A DNA stretch of 61,057 nt, filler included, from Sphacelaria rigidula (GCA_964200075.2; 5 parts of 5 records of this genome joined end to end with filler, not necessarily neighbours in it), one strand, 5' to 3'. Shown: positions 47,496 to 61,052, numbered from the whole stretch's first letter. A program made the numbers and translations. The notes: generated by a model not told the origin, from the letters alone.

Positions 47496-48829
47496 ACGCA
47501 CTGCTTTGTGTGCAGTGCACTAACCCATCGTCTAGGGCCTTGGTCCATTTTGAGTGCTGCTTGTGGAATAAAGGCGAACTCTTGCACACGAGTGCTTGAT
47601 TACACTGTGTTATTTTTCTCGATCGCAAAAGCCACCAGGAGGAAGAGGACAGCATTAACGTGATTTACTTTGGCTGGATATTGTATGATATTGCACGGTT
47701 GGTGCTGCAGAGGCGTGTACCTGTACTCGTCCAGGCGTCACCGTGCTGCTTGTCTTGTTGAATACGGTGGCTGCTCTCGGAGCTTTCGATACCTATTCAG
47801 ACCTGCCGGTCAGAGTCAGTCTAGAGTGAAACATTCAAACAAACCGTGCTCCGTGATGACCGTCCCATGTTCTTCCAGCTGAGGCTGGCAAGAGTGAGGA
47901 ACTGCGGCCAAGGCAATGTCGTGTACCCGCCGAGCATTTAGATTTCACGCAACGCAACCACCAAGCGAATGCTGATACCATTGCGGCGTCAGGGAGGTCT
48001 TTTGATTGCGATGTCAAGCGTTATTGCTACGTCGTGAATGGCCCATTGTGATGACATGACAGTTCGTTGTGATGGATGTCCCACTTTGCTTGTTGGGGTA
48101 TAGAGCTCTATTGACTTTGAACTGACTGTCACCATGGTAGCGAAGGTGGGGGTGGTTATTTCTCGTTCCGCTATGAAGTTTGAACAGGCACGTCGGTTTT
48201 CGGGGTGAAGATGTCAAAACAACACTACTGTGAAAAATTCGCTCTGAAATACTTTTCATAGTGGAATGTGCACCGTTACCAACTATTTTTCCTTCTACTC
48301 TGACTCTAAGATGCGAGAAAAACAGCTTGCGAAAAACGATTCTACTGTGAAACAAACCCTCGAGGGGAACTCTGATGATGTTGAAAACCCTCCAGAGGAT
48401 TGAGAAAGCCATATCGATTAGGGGGAAATTCAAGATGGACGGTATGTTGGGAGCCGTTGGAAAACCCACCAGAGGATTCGGAGGGTAGCCGATTGGCCGC
48501 GTGTGCATTCAGTCGAAAGAAGATTCTGTAGTACCAAGAGCTTGGACGTGCAGTTTTAGGGTGCGCATACATTGTCAATAGAGACAATTCATAGATTGAG
48601 ATAGCCCTTCGCTACTGCTCCCTAAGCTACCCACTTCAAAACGCTTAGCGTCCTGTTATCAGTTATCTGTGTTGGGAATAAACTGGGCGTTCTATTCTGT
48701 GGTGGCCAAAATAAGCGCCTGTGTAAACCTTTGACTTTTTTGTTCCCATCTCGCGCATCGGTAAAAACAGTGTTTTCGTGAGATTGAGAGTGGATGATAC
48801 GATTGAGAGTGGCTTTGATCATTCGCTTT

Positions 48830-48929
48830 NNNNNNNNNNNNNNNNNNNNNNNNNNNNNNNNNNNNNNNNNNNNTTAATTAATTAANNNNNNNNNNNNNNN
48901 NNNNNNNNNNNNNNNNNNNNNNNNNNNNN
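48830..48929. other. Artificial scaffold linker
   Basis: N44-TTAATTAATTAA-N44. Confidence 0.98.
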
Positions 48930-48985
48930 CGAAAGGGATGCGTGGTCAATGGTCAAACGACTAAGGCAAGCAAAAAATGAGTACG
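48930..48985 (+). mobile_element. 64-bp poly-C-associated element, copy D (cut by scaffold start)
   Basis: CGAAAGGGATGCGTGGTCAATGGTCAAACGACTAAGGCAAGC...GAGTACG followed by a C-run. Confidence 0.9.
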
Positions 48986-49222
48986 CCCCCCCCCACCTCG
49001 GTCCCCGACACTTTCCTCGCGCCCCCCCAACCTTCACGGCGCAAAGCCCCCAAAAACTCGACCCCGGCTGTGCCTCCCTTGCCAACCATGGCCGAAACCA
49101 CGGCTGCACCCCCTTCCTTAGTGGTGATATTAAGAACACCACCACAACGCCCACCAAGCTAATCGACGCAGGAGTACACGTTAACGTTCCGCCCGAGAAT
49201 ACACCACCTGGTAGGCTCGTCC

Positions 49223-51524
49223 TTGATTCCGGTCACCGCTTCGTGTCACCTCCACCCTGACCCGACCGAACGCGAAGTAGACGCTTCAATAGATGGCGTA
49301 TTGAAGGAACGTTTGACTCTCTTCTCCCACGTTGATTGGGCCCGGGAACAGCAGGCAGAACCTGCTTGTAAATCAGCTATCCATCATCTATCCAAAGATT
49401 GCCCAAGTCCATTCTCAGAAATCGAATTCCTTTTGCCCGTCGAGAACCACAAAGCTCCCACACAGGATGAGGTTACTGATCTTTCTTGGAAAGGTATGTT
49501 GCACACGGATGATGATGGTGTAGTTCGTTTAGTTCGTCGGTCCACAGCGGCCCTCCTCCCGTGGGAAACCTACAAGTTGATATGCCCACTTGCTGGGTGA
49601 TGAACCCATTCGAATTCATGTCCCGATGCTCCTACATCCATGGGTTCTACGCGAATGCCATTCGCAGGCGTCACCTCATTTGGGCGCCATTAGGATCTCC
49701 CAGATGCTTGAACGTTTTTTTTGGTGAATTTGTATGGATCAGTGTACTCGTTGGTGGGTTCAGCGTTGCCTCGTGTGCCAAGCGCGCAAGACTTCTCCTC
49801 AGACAGTTCGTTGACCGACTGTTTCCATGTTATGCCACTCCCAAACGGGCGTGGTGAAGTAGTTTCGTGAGACTATTTTGGTCCTCTGACCCTGACGGAG
49901 AGTGGTTATAAGTATATTTTGTTGTTTACAGATACATGTAGTCGACATGCGGTGATAAACGCTGTCCCTGCCAGTAGCTATAACGCGGAAGGTACCGCCA
50001 ACATTCTTGTCTACACGCACATCCCACAGTGGGGTATGCCCAAACGATTACTGTCCGATAACGGCCCGCATTTTTCAGGCAAACTTTCGGCCGTAGTCAG
50101 TGACCTCTTGGTGCCCACCGTATTTTTACTACTTCATCTCACCCTTCTACCAACGGCGGAACGGAGCGAGTGAACCATACGATGGCACAAATACTTGCTG
50201 CCGTGGCGAATGAACGACAGATGGACTGGGATGTGCATCTGCCCCATGTCCAAATGAATTATAACAACTCGGTTAATGCCGCTACGGGGTTGGCGCCGAA
50301 TGAAATTCATATTGGTCGTATGCCTAGGCTACCTTTGACGGTGTTCGAACGCAAAAATACAGGCGGACGTCAGAGTCTGGATCGTGATGTTGCAAAGTAC
50401 AATTTGTCGGTTAGCAATCGTCTTCCTCTTGCATATGAAGTGGTACGAGAACAGAACCAAATTAATTTGGCCGGAGTGTTCAGGTCAAACTCGGTGTTGG
50501 ATGATGAGGTACTTAACCGCCCGGTGTGGAAGGTAGGCCAATGGGCATGGGTATGTAACGATGTGAAGACCGTAAAACCAGGGGCTGGCTCAAAGACATT
50601 CTCTTTGGACAAATTGTTGAAAGCGAAGCTTCCTTCGGATTAGACTGGTCCTTAGGACGTCTCGGCTTTTGGTCCAAGCGCTATCGCACCCGACAAAAGT
50701 CCGGTGGGAGCGAAACTTTTGCATTTAGATTTTCCCATGGATGAACCTTTTTGAAACCGAAAAACCGCGTCTCGATACTACGTTGTAAACCGTGTATTCC
50801 CCCTCATGACTCTTTTCACATGCCCAAACGACTGCCGTTGGGGTTTAGCCAGTATGTGTTGACCAAGTATGCGATCAAAACTCCGCCGTATCATATGACG
50901 GTCGAAGATACGGACGCACCCCTGGAACATGTTGCGGTATATCGGATTTTGGGTCATCAACTGGTTTCCGGCCGTGGTGGTAAGATAGCGGTAATGTATC
51001 AATCACATTGGAAGGGTATCACGCGAGTTACATGGGAGCGTGAAATTGACTCACGTTGCTTTCATCGGAAAATACTGCTGTACTGGATAGGAGATGCCGT
51101 CCAACACCGTCAGTTGAATAAGAGATACAGATCAATGCGCAAGGGAGCTGCCGCTCGGTAACTGGCATGTGAGCACTCAGCACGGTTTGTCGTAGCAGGA
51201 TATAGCCTTCTTTCGCGTTCACAATCCATGCAGTCTTTTCGCGGACAGCGTTTGCCGAAGGGGGCGTATTTTCGGTATAAGGCTTTAGATTCACTGTGGC
51301 GGTTGGGCAAGACTCATTTGGTCGATCCTGTATCTGACAACTTCTATTTCATTCGTTTCCTCGATGACCCGAGCCCCCTTAAGATTTGTTTGAACGATAC
51401 CTACTACACCGAGGTGCCGACCGCCCGCCGTGGATCCTGGTGCCTCCAAGGTGACGACCACGGCGATCCCGACACAACCGTTCTTCGCAACACGGACACC
51501 GCTTGGGATACAGACGACTCATGA
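49223..51524 (+). mobile_element. Decayed Ty3/Gypsy (chromovirus-type) pol 3' half: integrase HHCC finger, DDE core, chromodomain and C-terminal extension
   Basis: CHSQASPHLG...FFW*...CLVCQARK; LFTDTCSRH; WGMPKRLLSDNGPHF; VNHTMAQIL...DWDVHLPHV..NYNNSVNAATGLAP; AVYRILGH...YQSHWKGITRVTWERE. Multiple stops and frameshifts. Confidence 0.93.
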
Positions 51525-51789
51525 TACCACATCCGACTCAGCTTCCCCATTCACCATGCGTAGTGTACCATGTTCGAATAGCTTGTCTTGCGCCGTAGCG
51601 TCGTTGGAAAACCGTGTGTTCCCTCCCCTTCATTTGTTTCCCGTACTATTGTAGCCCCGTTTCTCTAGTAATTGTATCGTGCATTTTGCATTCGTTTTTC
51701 GCTTTGGCCTTTGTCTTTGTGTCGTGTTTTTGTTTTGTTTTGTTTTCTTGTTCTGATTTGTGTTTTTGTGTGTGATATTTTTTTATTCT

Positions 51790-52480
51790 TCCTGGGTTCA
51801 TATGTCGGAGTATCCCGTGACGACCGTTCCACAAACATCCCTGACCCCGAGTCTGGAACACTTGAACCTTCGTCCTCCGCGTCGTACACTCACGATCATT
51901 CCGTATACTGGAATGGTTGTCACGAGTCGTCTTTGTTTCCTTGCGTCATTCTTCGCCTTTTTGTCTTGTTTTTTATTTTTCGTTTCTTTTATCGGTTGAG
52001 AGCTTCTGGAGCGAGCGCTAAACATACCTGATCCCCCAGTCTGGAATACTTGCGCTTTGTCCAACCGCTCCGAACACGAAATGCCGCCTCCGCCTTCGGG
52101 ATCGGCCGTGACGTGTCTCTTTCGGGTCCGTTTGACATTGACTTTCGATGTTGACATAGACGGTAGTAGCCGGGTCCAGACTTCAAAATGTTTTGACCTT
52201 CTCGAGTGAAACACTTACCCCTGCTTGCTTCGAACACGCAACAACCGCGTCCGTTTACGGGGAGGGTCGCCACGTGTTGTTCGTTTTGCTCCATTTCATG
52301 TTTGGTTTGTCTTCGCTATGGTCAAGCGTACTTTTTTACTTTTATGTTCTTCTTTTTGCTTTTGTTTTTCGTCTATATCTTGGGAGTATTTCGCGACGAG
52401 TGCCCCACCGTTCCTGACCTTCGAGTCCGGAAAACTTGACTTACTTGTCTGTGAGTCCTGCTCACGTACAACCGACCTCG
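51790..52480 (+). repeat. Degenerate ~170-220-bp repeats with T-rich spacers in the Gypsy 3' non-coding region
   Basis: A GAGTCTGGAACACTTG-like motif recurs near 51849, 52037, 52204 and 52423. Confidence 0.55.
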
Positions 52481-53735
52481 TTTATAGCAAGGGCCACGTA
52501 CAATACGACGCAACTGAATGGTTTATGCTTTGAACAACGTTTTCGTGAAATTGAGAGTAGAGCGCGGATTGAGAATGGCTTGGACCATTCGCTTTAACGT
52601 AGCCAACTTTTCATCCCGTTTGAGCTTTTCTTTGTCTCTATCACTGCCGTGTGCTTACAGCTACACGTCGATATCCTACTCGGGGATATCAAGGGCCTCA
52701 GTGACAAGCTACTACAGAAATAATATCGGGCCTCGCGGAGGTGTATTTCGGAACCGAAATGATTCATTTACTCATTGGGCGCTTTTCACTCTCAAACATA
52801 TCCTCTACTGCTGTCAATTTCACGAAAACATTGTTTTTGGTAATTGGTAAGATACCGCGTGGTCACCACTGGCCCTGTCGTACATAACGGTGTTGAGGAA
52901 TGCAATTGAAGTCGTGGTATATTTTGTTGAAAACGTCTCCTCATATAGGACCACTAGGTATCATGCAAGAATAGATTGCTCTTCCGAAACCGACCGTTGT
53001 GCCATGTCGATGTTTCGACCATTGGTGCAGCCTAGAGGCTCAGAGTCCGCCACTCGCTATTTTTTATTATCACTGCCTACATCAGTTTTTGCATACGGTT
53101 ACGCGCCTCTGAAATCGGTGCGGTGGTGTTTTGTTTTTATCAGGGATCGTTGATGACGAAGTGACGTGACGGTGCCCCCGACTGGGTTTTTTCCTCCAGT
53201 TTGTGTGCGCACCATCTCGTTTCCGTCCGAACGGACAAGTACCGTGAGAAGGGGACTGCGCTCGCCATCTCTCTCCGTGTATTTGTCGTGGTTCAGAAAT
53301 GTGTTGAGCGATCCGCCTCGGATTTATATCCGATGGTTGTGTATATTTCAATTGCGTTTCTTTTGACATTTACGAGTACCCGACCTCTCAAATCGGCTGA
53401 CTGTTTCCGTATATAGTTGTGTGAGTGAAAACAAAAAAATACTGTTTGGCTGGAACATCACCCAGGCGTAGTTAGCAACACGTTGCACTCTCACAAACAT
53501 GTACCGGTTCATAGCGGAAGCTGACGTGACGTGGCTTCACGGGATCTCTTTTGTCGCAGTGATTAGCCGCAGGTTGCCCCGCGGAATGTGCGATCGACCA
53601 GCGTCCGCTTCAAAAGTACATAGGCTGGTACAGCACTGACTGTACCGTACCCTGCGGCACCGTATGTACCGTACACTGTTCTTCACTTCACCTGCAGTAC
53701 TTCAATCCACTACGGCGCACTACAGGGCACTGTCA

Positions 53736-54122
53736 TGTTATAGTGCTGCAGTGCTGTGGAGGGTGACGGACAGACAGCGCAATGCAGAGAATGCAATGCA
53801 GAACCCTACAACATAGGATTGCGGTACGGTGAACTACAGCGATACCGTACAGACAGTCAGTTGTACGGTAGTACAGTATGTCCATGTGAAAGGGTACACT
53901 GAGTGAACATGCACATGTGCGGATAGATTTATGCTGACGTACGGGTACTGGTAGTCAAGTGTGTGTGACTACAGTACCATGATCAGGCCGGCTGCGACAC
54001 TGCCGTCTGAGTCCACTCTACAACTGATCCCTCTATCATAGGATCGACTCCGTCCAGGCACTCTCCAGTAATACAAAAAATAAAACTATCTACCCTTCGC
54101 CACGGGCCACGGAATACACTAA
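53736..54122 (+). repeat. Possible 5' LTR of the Copia element (boundaries uncertain)
   Basis: Begins TGTT, has AATAAA near 54078 and lies directly before gag-like sequence. No second LTR in the scaffold to confirm it. Confidence 0.3.
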
Positions 54123-56499
54123 TGTTACAACCGGCTGGGCAGAATGGCAGATCATGGTAGTAGGCCTGCTACAGTAGTCGGTGAGCAGGAGGTTTTGAAG
54201 CAATTGGGGGAGGTGAATAGCCAGCTGAGTTTCATGGCTCAGCCACTGCGTGATTTGCAGTTAAACCAAGTTGCTTCACAGAGTAACATGGACGATATGA
54301 GGGCAGTAAGAGAGGCCGGGGGCGCATAAACCAATGGCGTCCTCGGTAGTGATGGTTCCCATAGTCAACAGACTGAATCCAACACAAACAGAACAGTGGA
54401 GCGACATGGTGCCGGAGTTCGCAGAGACCGGCGGTACATCGGGAGTCAAGCTGTTCCGGAGGAGAGAGCGCGCGACGCAGGGGACAACGAGGCCACAAGT
54501 GACGGAGCTAAGGGCTCTGTCCCCGCACGTTAGTCAATCTTAACAATCGATGCAAGTGGAAATGTGTCAGGGGTTCCCGTTTTTCGACAGAACATCCTAA
54601 ATGTTTTCAGGGAAGAAAGCTGATTATGCTCGGTACAGACATGAGCTGGTGAACTTCGCGAGGGGCGAAGGAATTGACCGGGTGTTTACCATGGCCGGCG
54701 ATAGTTTGCACGACGTAGATACCGGTGACCCTGAATTAGCACTGGGGTATCTAGGAACTAGATACCACAGCCCACGTGAGGGCCAGACGGATGCTTGTTG
54801 CCAGTTTAGAAGGAAAGAGGGAGCAAGATATTTTGCTCGGAGTCCACTCACCTGGTGCGGTTTGGAAAAAACTCGCGGATGTTTTTCGCCCCAAACTAAA
54901 TGGGGCGAGAACCGCTTTGTTGGAAACGTTCGATGGAGTCAAGATTGGTGTTCGTGATGATCCAGAGCAGAAGCTGCTCGAGATAGAGGAAACGGCACGA
55001 GACCTGACCTCATACGAGGAACATCAACCCCTAAGCGGAAACCACATCCTTTTGAGATACCTCAACGCATTGCCTTTCGAGTATCACATTCCGAAGCAGT
55101 TGCTGGAGGATCGAGGGGGGGCGCTGACACGGGAGGTTGTGCTAACCTCAGTCCAAAAGCGCTTCGAATCAGCCGCTTTGAAGCAGGAACTTGCCCGGGG
55201 AAAGAAGTCGTCATCCCCGGGCGACCAGGCTCTCCTTGCCAGGCGTGGGACCAGAAGACCGAGCGGTGCACACCGCAAGGGAAAACCGGAAAAATCCAGG
55301 GCTCTGGTAAAAAAAACGGCGGGAGCCAGAGTCTTGTAGCTCTGGGTCGGCATCGTCGGACGGCAAACCGGCGACTGTGAAGCTGCTCCGCTGCCACGTT
55401 TGCGACGACGACACGACGCACCGAGCAAGGAACTGCCCGAGAGGATACTGCGGGAGCTGCGGTCAGCAGGGGCACATGCTCTGGGACTGTCTGAGATCGA
55501 CAGCGAAGAAAGAAGATGTGGCGATGGCGATGGCGATGGGCGCGGTCGACGACAGCGACAACTCCTCCGTTTGTTCGGTGGCGGACGGGGAGGCTTTCGC
55601 CTATTTCGACACCACCATCAACGGCGACACAGGCGAGTATGCATTGAGTGTTGGGAAGAGGATTGATAGACAGGAGGGTGAGAGTGAACCGTGGGTATTT
55701 GACACGGGGGCTACCCAGGACTTCTCCCTCGATTCCCATGGGATGACGAAGTACAAAGAGTGCAAGGGTAGGCTTCTACGGTGCGCGGGTGGTGGTACTT
55801 ACCCGAACGTAGGCAGGGGAAATTTGTCTTTTGCCTTCAGATCTGACGGACAAGATGTGATGGTCAAATTAGTGGACGTTGACCATGTACCTGATGTCCG
55901 TCATCAACCTCTTGTCACTCACGAGGATTCAAAAAATGGGAGACGCCTACACTGATTTTCGTGCAAGTTTCAGGGTAGATCTCATTTCAGGCAATACGCC
56001 AAAAATACCCGGACAACCACGTCAACTGAAAATTCACGCCCGCCGCCTCGACCAAAGTGATAGTGACAACTGTGCTTCGGCATATGCTGGTATTGCCCCG
56101 GGGGCTTTGCCTAGCCCCCAGATCGCTGACATGAACCAACTCCACTGTGCCCACGCCCACGTCCACGAGGGCTTACTGCGAAAGACGGCGAAGCAGCAGG
56201 GAAAGCATCTGGCTGAGGAGCTGCAGCCCTGCCGCGGCTGCTCGAGGCAAAGGGACTGCGACGGCCGATTCCAAGATCGACGCACACGAGAGCAGCTAAG
56301 TCAGCGTCTAGGGTGTTTGTAGATCTTTCCGGCCCGAACCTAGTCAAGTCTTACGGGGGAAAGTCGTACACGGTGATAGTCCGAGATGATCACTCACGGC
56401 ACACACAGGTGTATTTCCTCCGGAAGAAGGATGAGGCAGAAAAACACTTCGCAATATACATTGCATGGGTCTCTTCGGGGAAAATAGAGATAGTCCGTA

Positions 56500-58812
56500 C
56501 CCGCTGGTTCACGGTGATCACCCAAAAAACACTCATCGGCAAAACCTCACGCCGTTTAAAGGAGTTAGACCCTGAAGTTTTGCACAAATGTTCTATGGGT
56601 AATTACGCAACTTTCGATGATCAAGGTTTATCGACTATTTGATTTTTTTCACCGTTTTTCGGGGGTCCCAGTTTTTTAGGGAAACATCGACCCAATCGGA
56701 CCCCCGTAATACGGTAACGAAAAAAAAAAACCTCGTCCATCCAAAGTTGCGTAATATCCCAAAGCACAGTTGTGCAAAATTTCAGGATCTAACTCATTAA
56801 AACGTCGTGAGGTTCTTGGCCTTTGTGCGATGAAGTTTGCCGCACCGCGGTGAAACCGCAAACTACTTGATTTTAGTACCAAAACGGCATTTTTGAGCCT
56901 TGTTTGACGTGAACATGGAAATTCAAGCATCAGTTGATCGAGTTTTGCGACGAAAATTTGTGGAGCCCATCCTTGGGTTATGCAAAGACAGGTAGTTTGC
57001 GAAAACAAATGATGAAAAAATATCGTAGCGCCATTTTTCTCGGGTCCTAAAATGTAGACTATTTCGAGAATCGGGTAGGCACCGTCGCTTGGCGTGGTGA
57101 CCCCCGTAATACGGTAAAAAAAACAAGACAAACCTCGTCCATCCAAAGTTGCATAATGTCCCAAAGCACAGTTGGCAAAGTTTCAGGGTCTAACTCATTA
57201 AAACGGCGTGAGGTTTTTGGCTTTTGTACGATGAACTCTGCCATGCCGCGGTGAAACCGCAAACTACTTGATTTTAGTACCAAAACGGCGTTTTATAGCC
57301 TTCTTTGACGTGAACATGGAAATTTATGCACCAATTGATCGAGTTTTGCGACGAACATTCGTGGAATCCATCCTTGGGTTATGCGGAGGCAGATAATTTG
57401 CGAAAAAATGAAAAAAAATATTGTGGTGCCGTTTTTCTGGGGTCCTAGAATGCAGACTATTTCGAAAATCGGGTAAGCACCGCCGCTTGGCGTGATGACC
57501 CCCGTAGAACGCTAACAGAAAGAACACCTCGTCCATCCAAAGTTACATAATGATCCACAGCACAGTTGTACAAAATTTCAGAGTCTAACTCATTAAAACG
57601 GTGTGAAGGTTTTGGCCTTTGTGCGATGAAGATTGCCGCATCGCGGTGAAACCGCAACGTTCTTGACTCTAGTACCAAAACGGCGTTTTCCAGCCTTGTT
57701 TGACGTGAACATGGAAATTAAAGCATTAATTGATCGAGTTTTGCAACGAAAATTTGTGGAGCCCATCCTTGGGTTATGCAGAGGCATATAGGTCGTGAAA
57801 AAATGAAACAATATATCGTAGAGCCGTTTTTCGGGGGTTCCAGAGTGGAGACTACTTCGAAAAACGAGTTTGATCCCGTCGGACCCCCGGAAAACGATGA
57901 AAAACTCAAAAAGTACAAGACACGTCATCCGTAGAAAGTTGGGTAATGATACATAGTATATACATGCGAATTTTCAGGATCTAACTCCTAATGACAGCGT
58001 GAACGTTTGCGTGTTTGTGGAGGACGTGGGCTTGAAACGTGCAACTCCTAACTACTTGGTTTTAGTATGAAAACGTCTTCTGGGGTGAATTTGACGTCAA
58101 GGCAAGAAACACTGCATGAGGTTTCGAGCTTCTCCACCAAACTTTGTACATGTGTTCCTTGGACTCTTCCGGGACGCATCATTCTATTATTTTTCTTTTA
58201 GAGCATTCTGTACCGCCTTCCGGGGATCTTCATGCTGGGACCCCCGGAAGCCGGTAGAGAACGGAGAAGACATGATATATTGTCGAGGATACAGTTTTTT
58301 CTATTTTGAGCATCAATACCTACGGAACTGCCGAGTTTGAGGGCGATCTGAGCTTTTCTACAACAGATGTAGGAGACACCGACACGAGGCTCCCTGGATC
58401 TTTCGTGCGTATCATTAGTGAAAATCAGACGACGCCGACACCCGACATCACCGAAACATCCCGGTTTCGGGTATAATTCGACCCCCGTAGTAACCGTTTC
58501 AAAAATATGTTTTTCTCGTTAAATTCCCGTGTTGATGACGGTTGCTACGATTTGAAGCATGTAGGGATTGGGTGAAAATTGGGCTTGGTATTCGTAATTT
58601 AGACCTCGGCACAGTTTGAAGGGCGCTGATTGGCTGAGACACATTTTCGTCCATAGCGCCACTGCTACGGCCACAAAAAAATATCCGGCTATGTCACCCT
58701 CTTCGTCTCTTTATTGCGGTCAGTATGATACCATATATGCGACTATTGGGTGCGTATTGCGGAAGGCTTTCGCTGATGACACAATTTTGGGTGATCACCG
58801 TGAACCAGCCTG
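56500..58812. mobile_element. 2313-bp non-autonomous TIR DNA element with TA TSD, inserted in the Copia integrase
   Basis: 25-bp perfect TIR core GCTGGTTCACGGTGATCACCCAAAA. TA at 56498-56499 and 58813-58814. Removing it restores GTC CGT AGC GAT AAC GGG (VRSDNG). Confidence 0.95.
56700..58100. repeat. About 3.5 tandem ~395-bp units inside the TIR element, preceded by an inverted partial unit at about 56540-56670
   Basis: CCTCGTCCATCCAAAGTT occurs near 56731, 57134 and 57527, with a diverged version near 57922. Confidence 0.9.
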
Positions 58813-59640
58813 TAGCGATAACGGGTTTGAATTCTCGGAGGGTGTATTTCGTGAACTGTGCGACAGGGAAAAGATCAAGCAGGAGATGACAACTGCCGAC
58901 TCACCCCAGATCGACGGTGTTGCAGAACAAGCGTTGGGTATCATCGAAACAACAGGCCTTGCGGCCAAGATCCAAGCATCTGAGCTGTACCCAGATGAGC
59001 GCATCCCAAATGGTGACGGCCTGTGGGCTGAACAGGCAAACTGGGCGTGTCGCACCCTGAACTATTCCGCTATCTCGGCTAACCCGAACCACAAATCACC
59101 GCATGAGATGTGGTACGGATCACCACCGGACGGTGATCCCATTCCGTTCTTGAAGCCTGGGGTTTGTAGGAGGAAGCGGACAAAGAAATTACAGCCGAAG
59201 GCGGAAAAATGCTGGTATTTGAGCCCAGCCCCAGGCTACCCACGTGACGCGATGCGAGTTTTAACTGTACGAGGAACTATTACCGTGAAAAGGCATGTAA
59301 GATGGGTAAGTACGTCCGCCGCTCCCCCCCGCACACTGCAGCAAGCGATCCAGACGCCGGGCGAGCCGAAGGATTCCAACGTCGATCAAGGACAGGGAGC
59401 GAACGAGGAAAGGATGGAAAGCTCGACAGTGGACACTTCGTCCAGCGGTTCCCCGAGCGCACCGTCCTCCCCGCCGAGTTCCGTTGGTGGGAGGGGCAGA
59501 GTAGCACCGCAAATCCCCGTCAGTAGTGGAGGGGGCGAAGTGCCTTCACCGTCCCCGCGAGGGGGGGGGGGTAGGCGGGGTGATACCAGAGATCCCAGTT
59601 CCAGATTTTGTCAACTGAGGGGGTGAGGCGGAGCTAGAAT

Positions 59641-59641
59641 T

Positions 59642-59687
<46 letters not shown>
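59641..59687. repeat. (TCA)n microsatellite in the Copia integrase-RT spacer
   Basis: About 15 uninterrupted TCA units. Confidence 0.95.
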
Positions 59688-60988
59688 ATGCCGACACCAG
59701 CGCAGACGCCGACACCTACGCCAACGCGGACACCTTCGCCGACGCTCACATGGGCATCAAACACTCCCTCGTCGCCCGCACTGTCACCCTCTTCCACGGG
59801 TCCCTCGCAAGACGGCGGGGGGGCGACGACGCTCCTCAACGCCCGAGGACCGAGCAACGGCGTCCTGCGTGGGCCGATGAGTTGCCAATACCAAGGGAGG
59901 GGCGTACGAGGCGGAACGCTGGTGGCTAGCGGGGCGGAGGAGAGCCGAATGGAAGCGGAGATGGCGCTGGCAGGAATGGCCGACGACAAATGCTCAACCG
60001 TGGAGATGATCACCGCGGCAGCAGGACAGGTGGCAGGACAAAACGCAATCGCCTCGACCCAACTCGAGTTAGCCGAAAACGAGTTTTTTTGTTTTGTTGC
60101 TGACGGAAACAGAGTAGGGCCGCCTGAATTCAGTTTGCGCTCACCGGTTGGCCTACATGTAAGCGAAATAGAGGCAGCACCCACGAGTATGGATGACATA
60201 GCAAAATCAGAGTTTCGAGAGGCATGGCTAGGCGTGATGCAGGCTGAACTAGGGGGTCATGAAAAGGCTGGAACATTTTCGACTGGCCCTGTACCGGAAG
60301 GAGTAGACGTGATTTCAGCGAAGTGGATCTTGAGTTGGAAAATTGACGCAGATGGTACTATAACGAAGGCAAAGGTAAGGTTGGTATCATGGCAGTGGCA
60401 GTTGAGGAAGAGTGGCCGCTGTATCATTTCGACGTGACACAGGCTTTGGTTCAAGCAGAGGTGGACACTGATGCGTACATGAGGCTGCCTGAAGGTTGCT
60501 ACGTTTTGACAGACACGACCGTGAAGCTGAAAAAATCTATTTCCGGGATCAAGCAAGCGGGCAGGCAGTGGTCTCGTCTTCTGTGCCAAACATTACTCGA
60601 GGATATCGGGATGGTGCAGTGTGAGGCTAACCCTTGTGTTATCAGGATGGAAGATGCAGGAGACGTGCATGTGGTTTTAGTTGTCCACGTGTACGACATT
60701 CTTATCAGTGATTCTGAGGAAAACGTGGGAAAGGTGGGCAGAAACCTGAACAAAACGTTCCCACCGAATAATTTCGGAGAGACCACATGGTACATGGGGT
60801 GTGCAGTGGATAGAGACTGGGATAGAGGCACGTTGTCTGTGACGCAAACCACGTTCACGGCCACGCTCCTGAAGCGTTTTGAGGTGAGGGGGTACTCGGA
60901 AATCCCCGTCTCTGTTTCTGAAACGTTGGGGCCGACAACGGGTAAAGTCGCAGGGGTAAATCGCCCATACCGTAACGCAGTGGGGGGG

Positions 60989-61052
60989 CGTACTCATTTG
61001 TTGCTTGCCTTAGTCGTTTGACCATTGACCACGTATCCCTTTCGAGACGGAG
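60989..61052 (-). mobile_element. 64-bp poly-C-associated element, copy E, inserted into the Copia RT
   Basis: Interrupts YRNAVGG at its G-run (CGCAGTGGGGGGG). The right flank CACAG resembles the left flank CGCAG, a partial TSD cut by the window end. Confidence 0.9.

Larger units (their letters stand above)
54144..60988 (+). mobile_element. Decayed Ty1/Copia retrotransposon: gag, two Zn knuckles, protease, integrase, RT; truncated by the scaffold end
   Basis: Gag (SPGAVWKKL...LRYLNALPFEY); CHVC...H....C and CGSCGQQGHMLWDC; protease WVFDTGAT; integrase VDLSGP, VRDDHSRHT.VYFL, SDNG.EF, SPQIDGVAE; RT VISAKW, FDVTQA, KLKKSI.GIKQAGRQW, VHVYDILI. Domain order PR-IN-RT is Copia. Confidence 0.96.

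Noticed and set aside
58616-58812. N-terminal 65 aa of the 336-aa ORF
   Set aside because: Read-through from the inserted TIR element. Integrase sequence resumes only at SDNG (about 58814).
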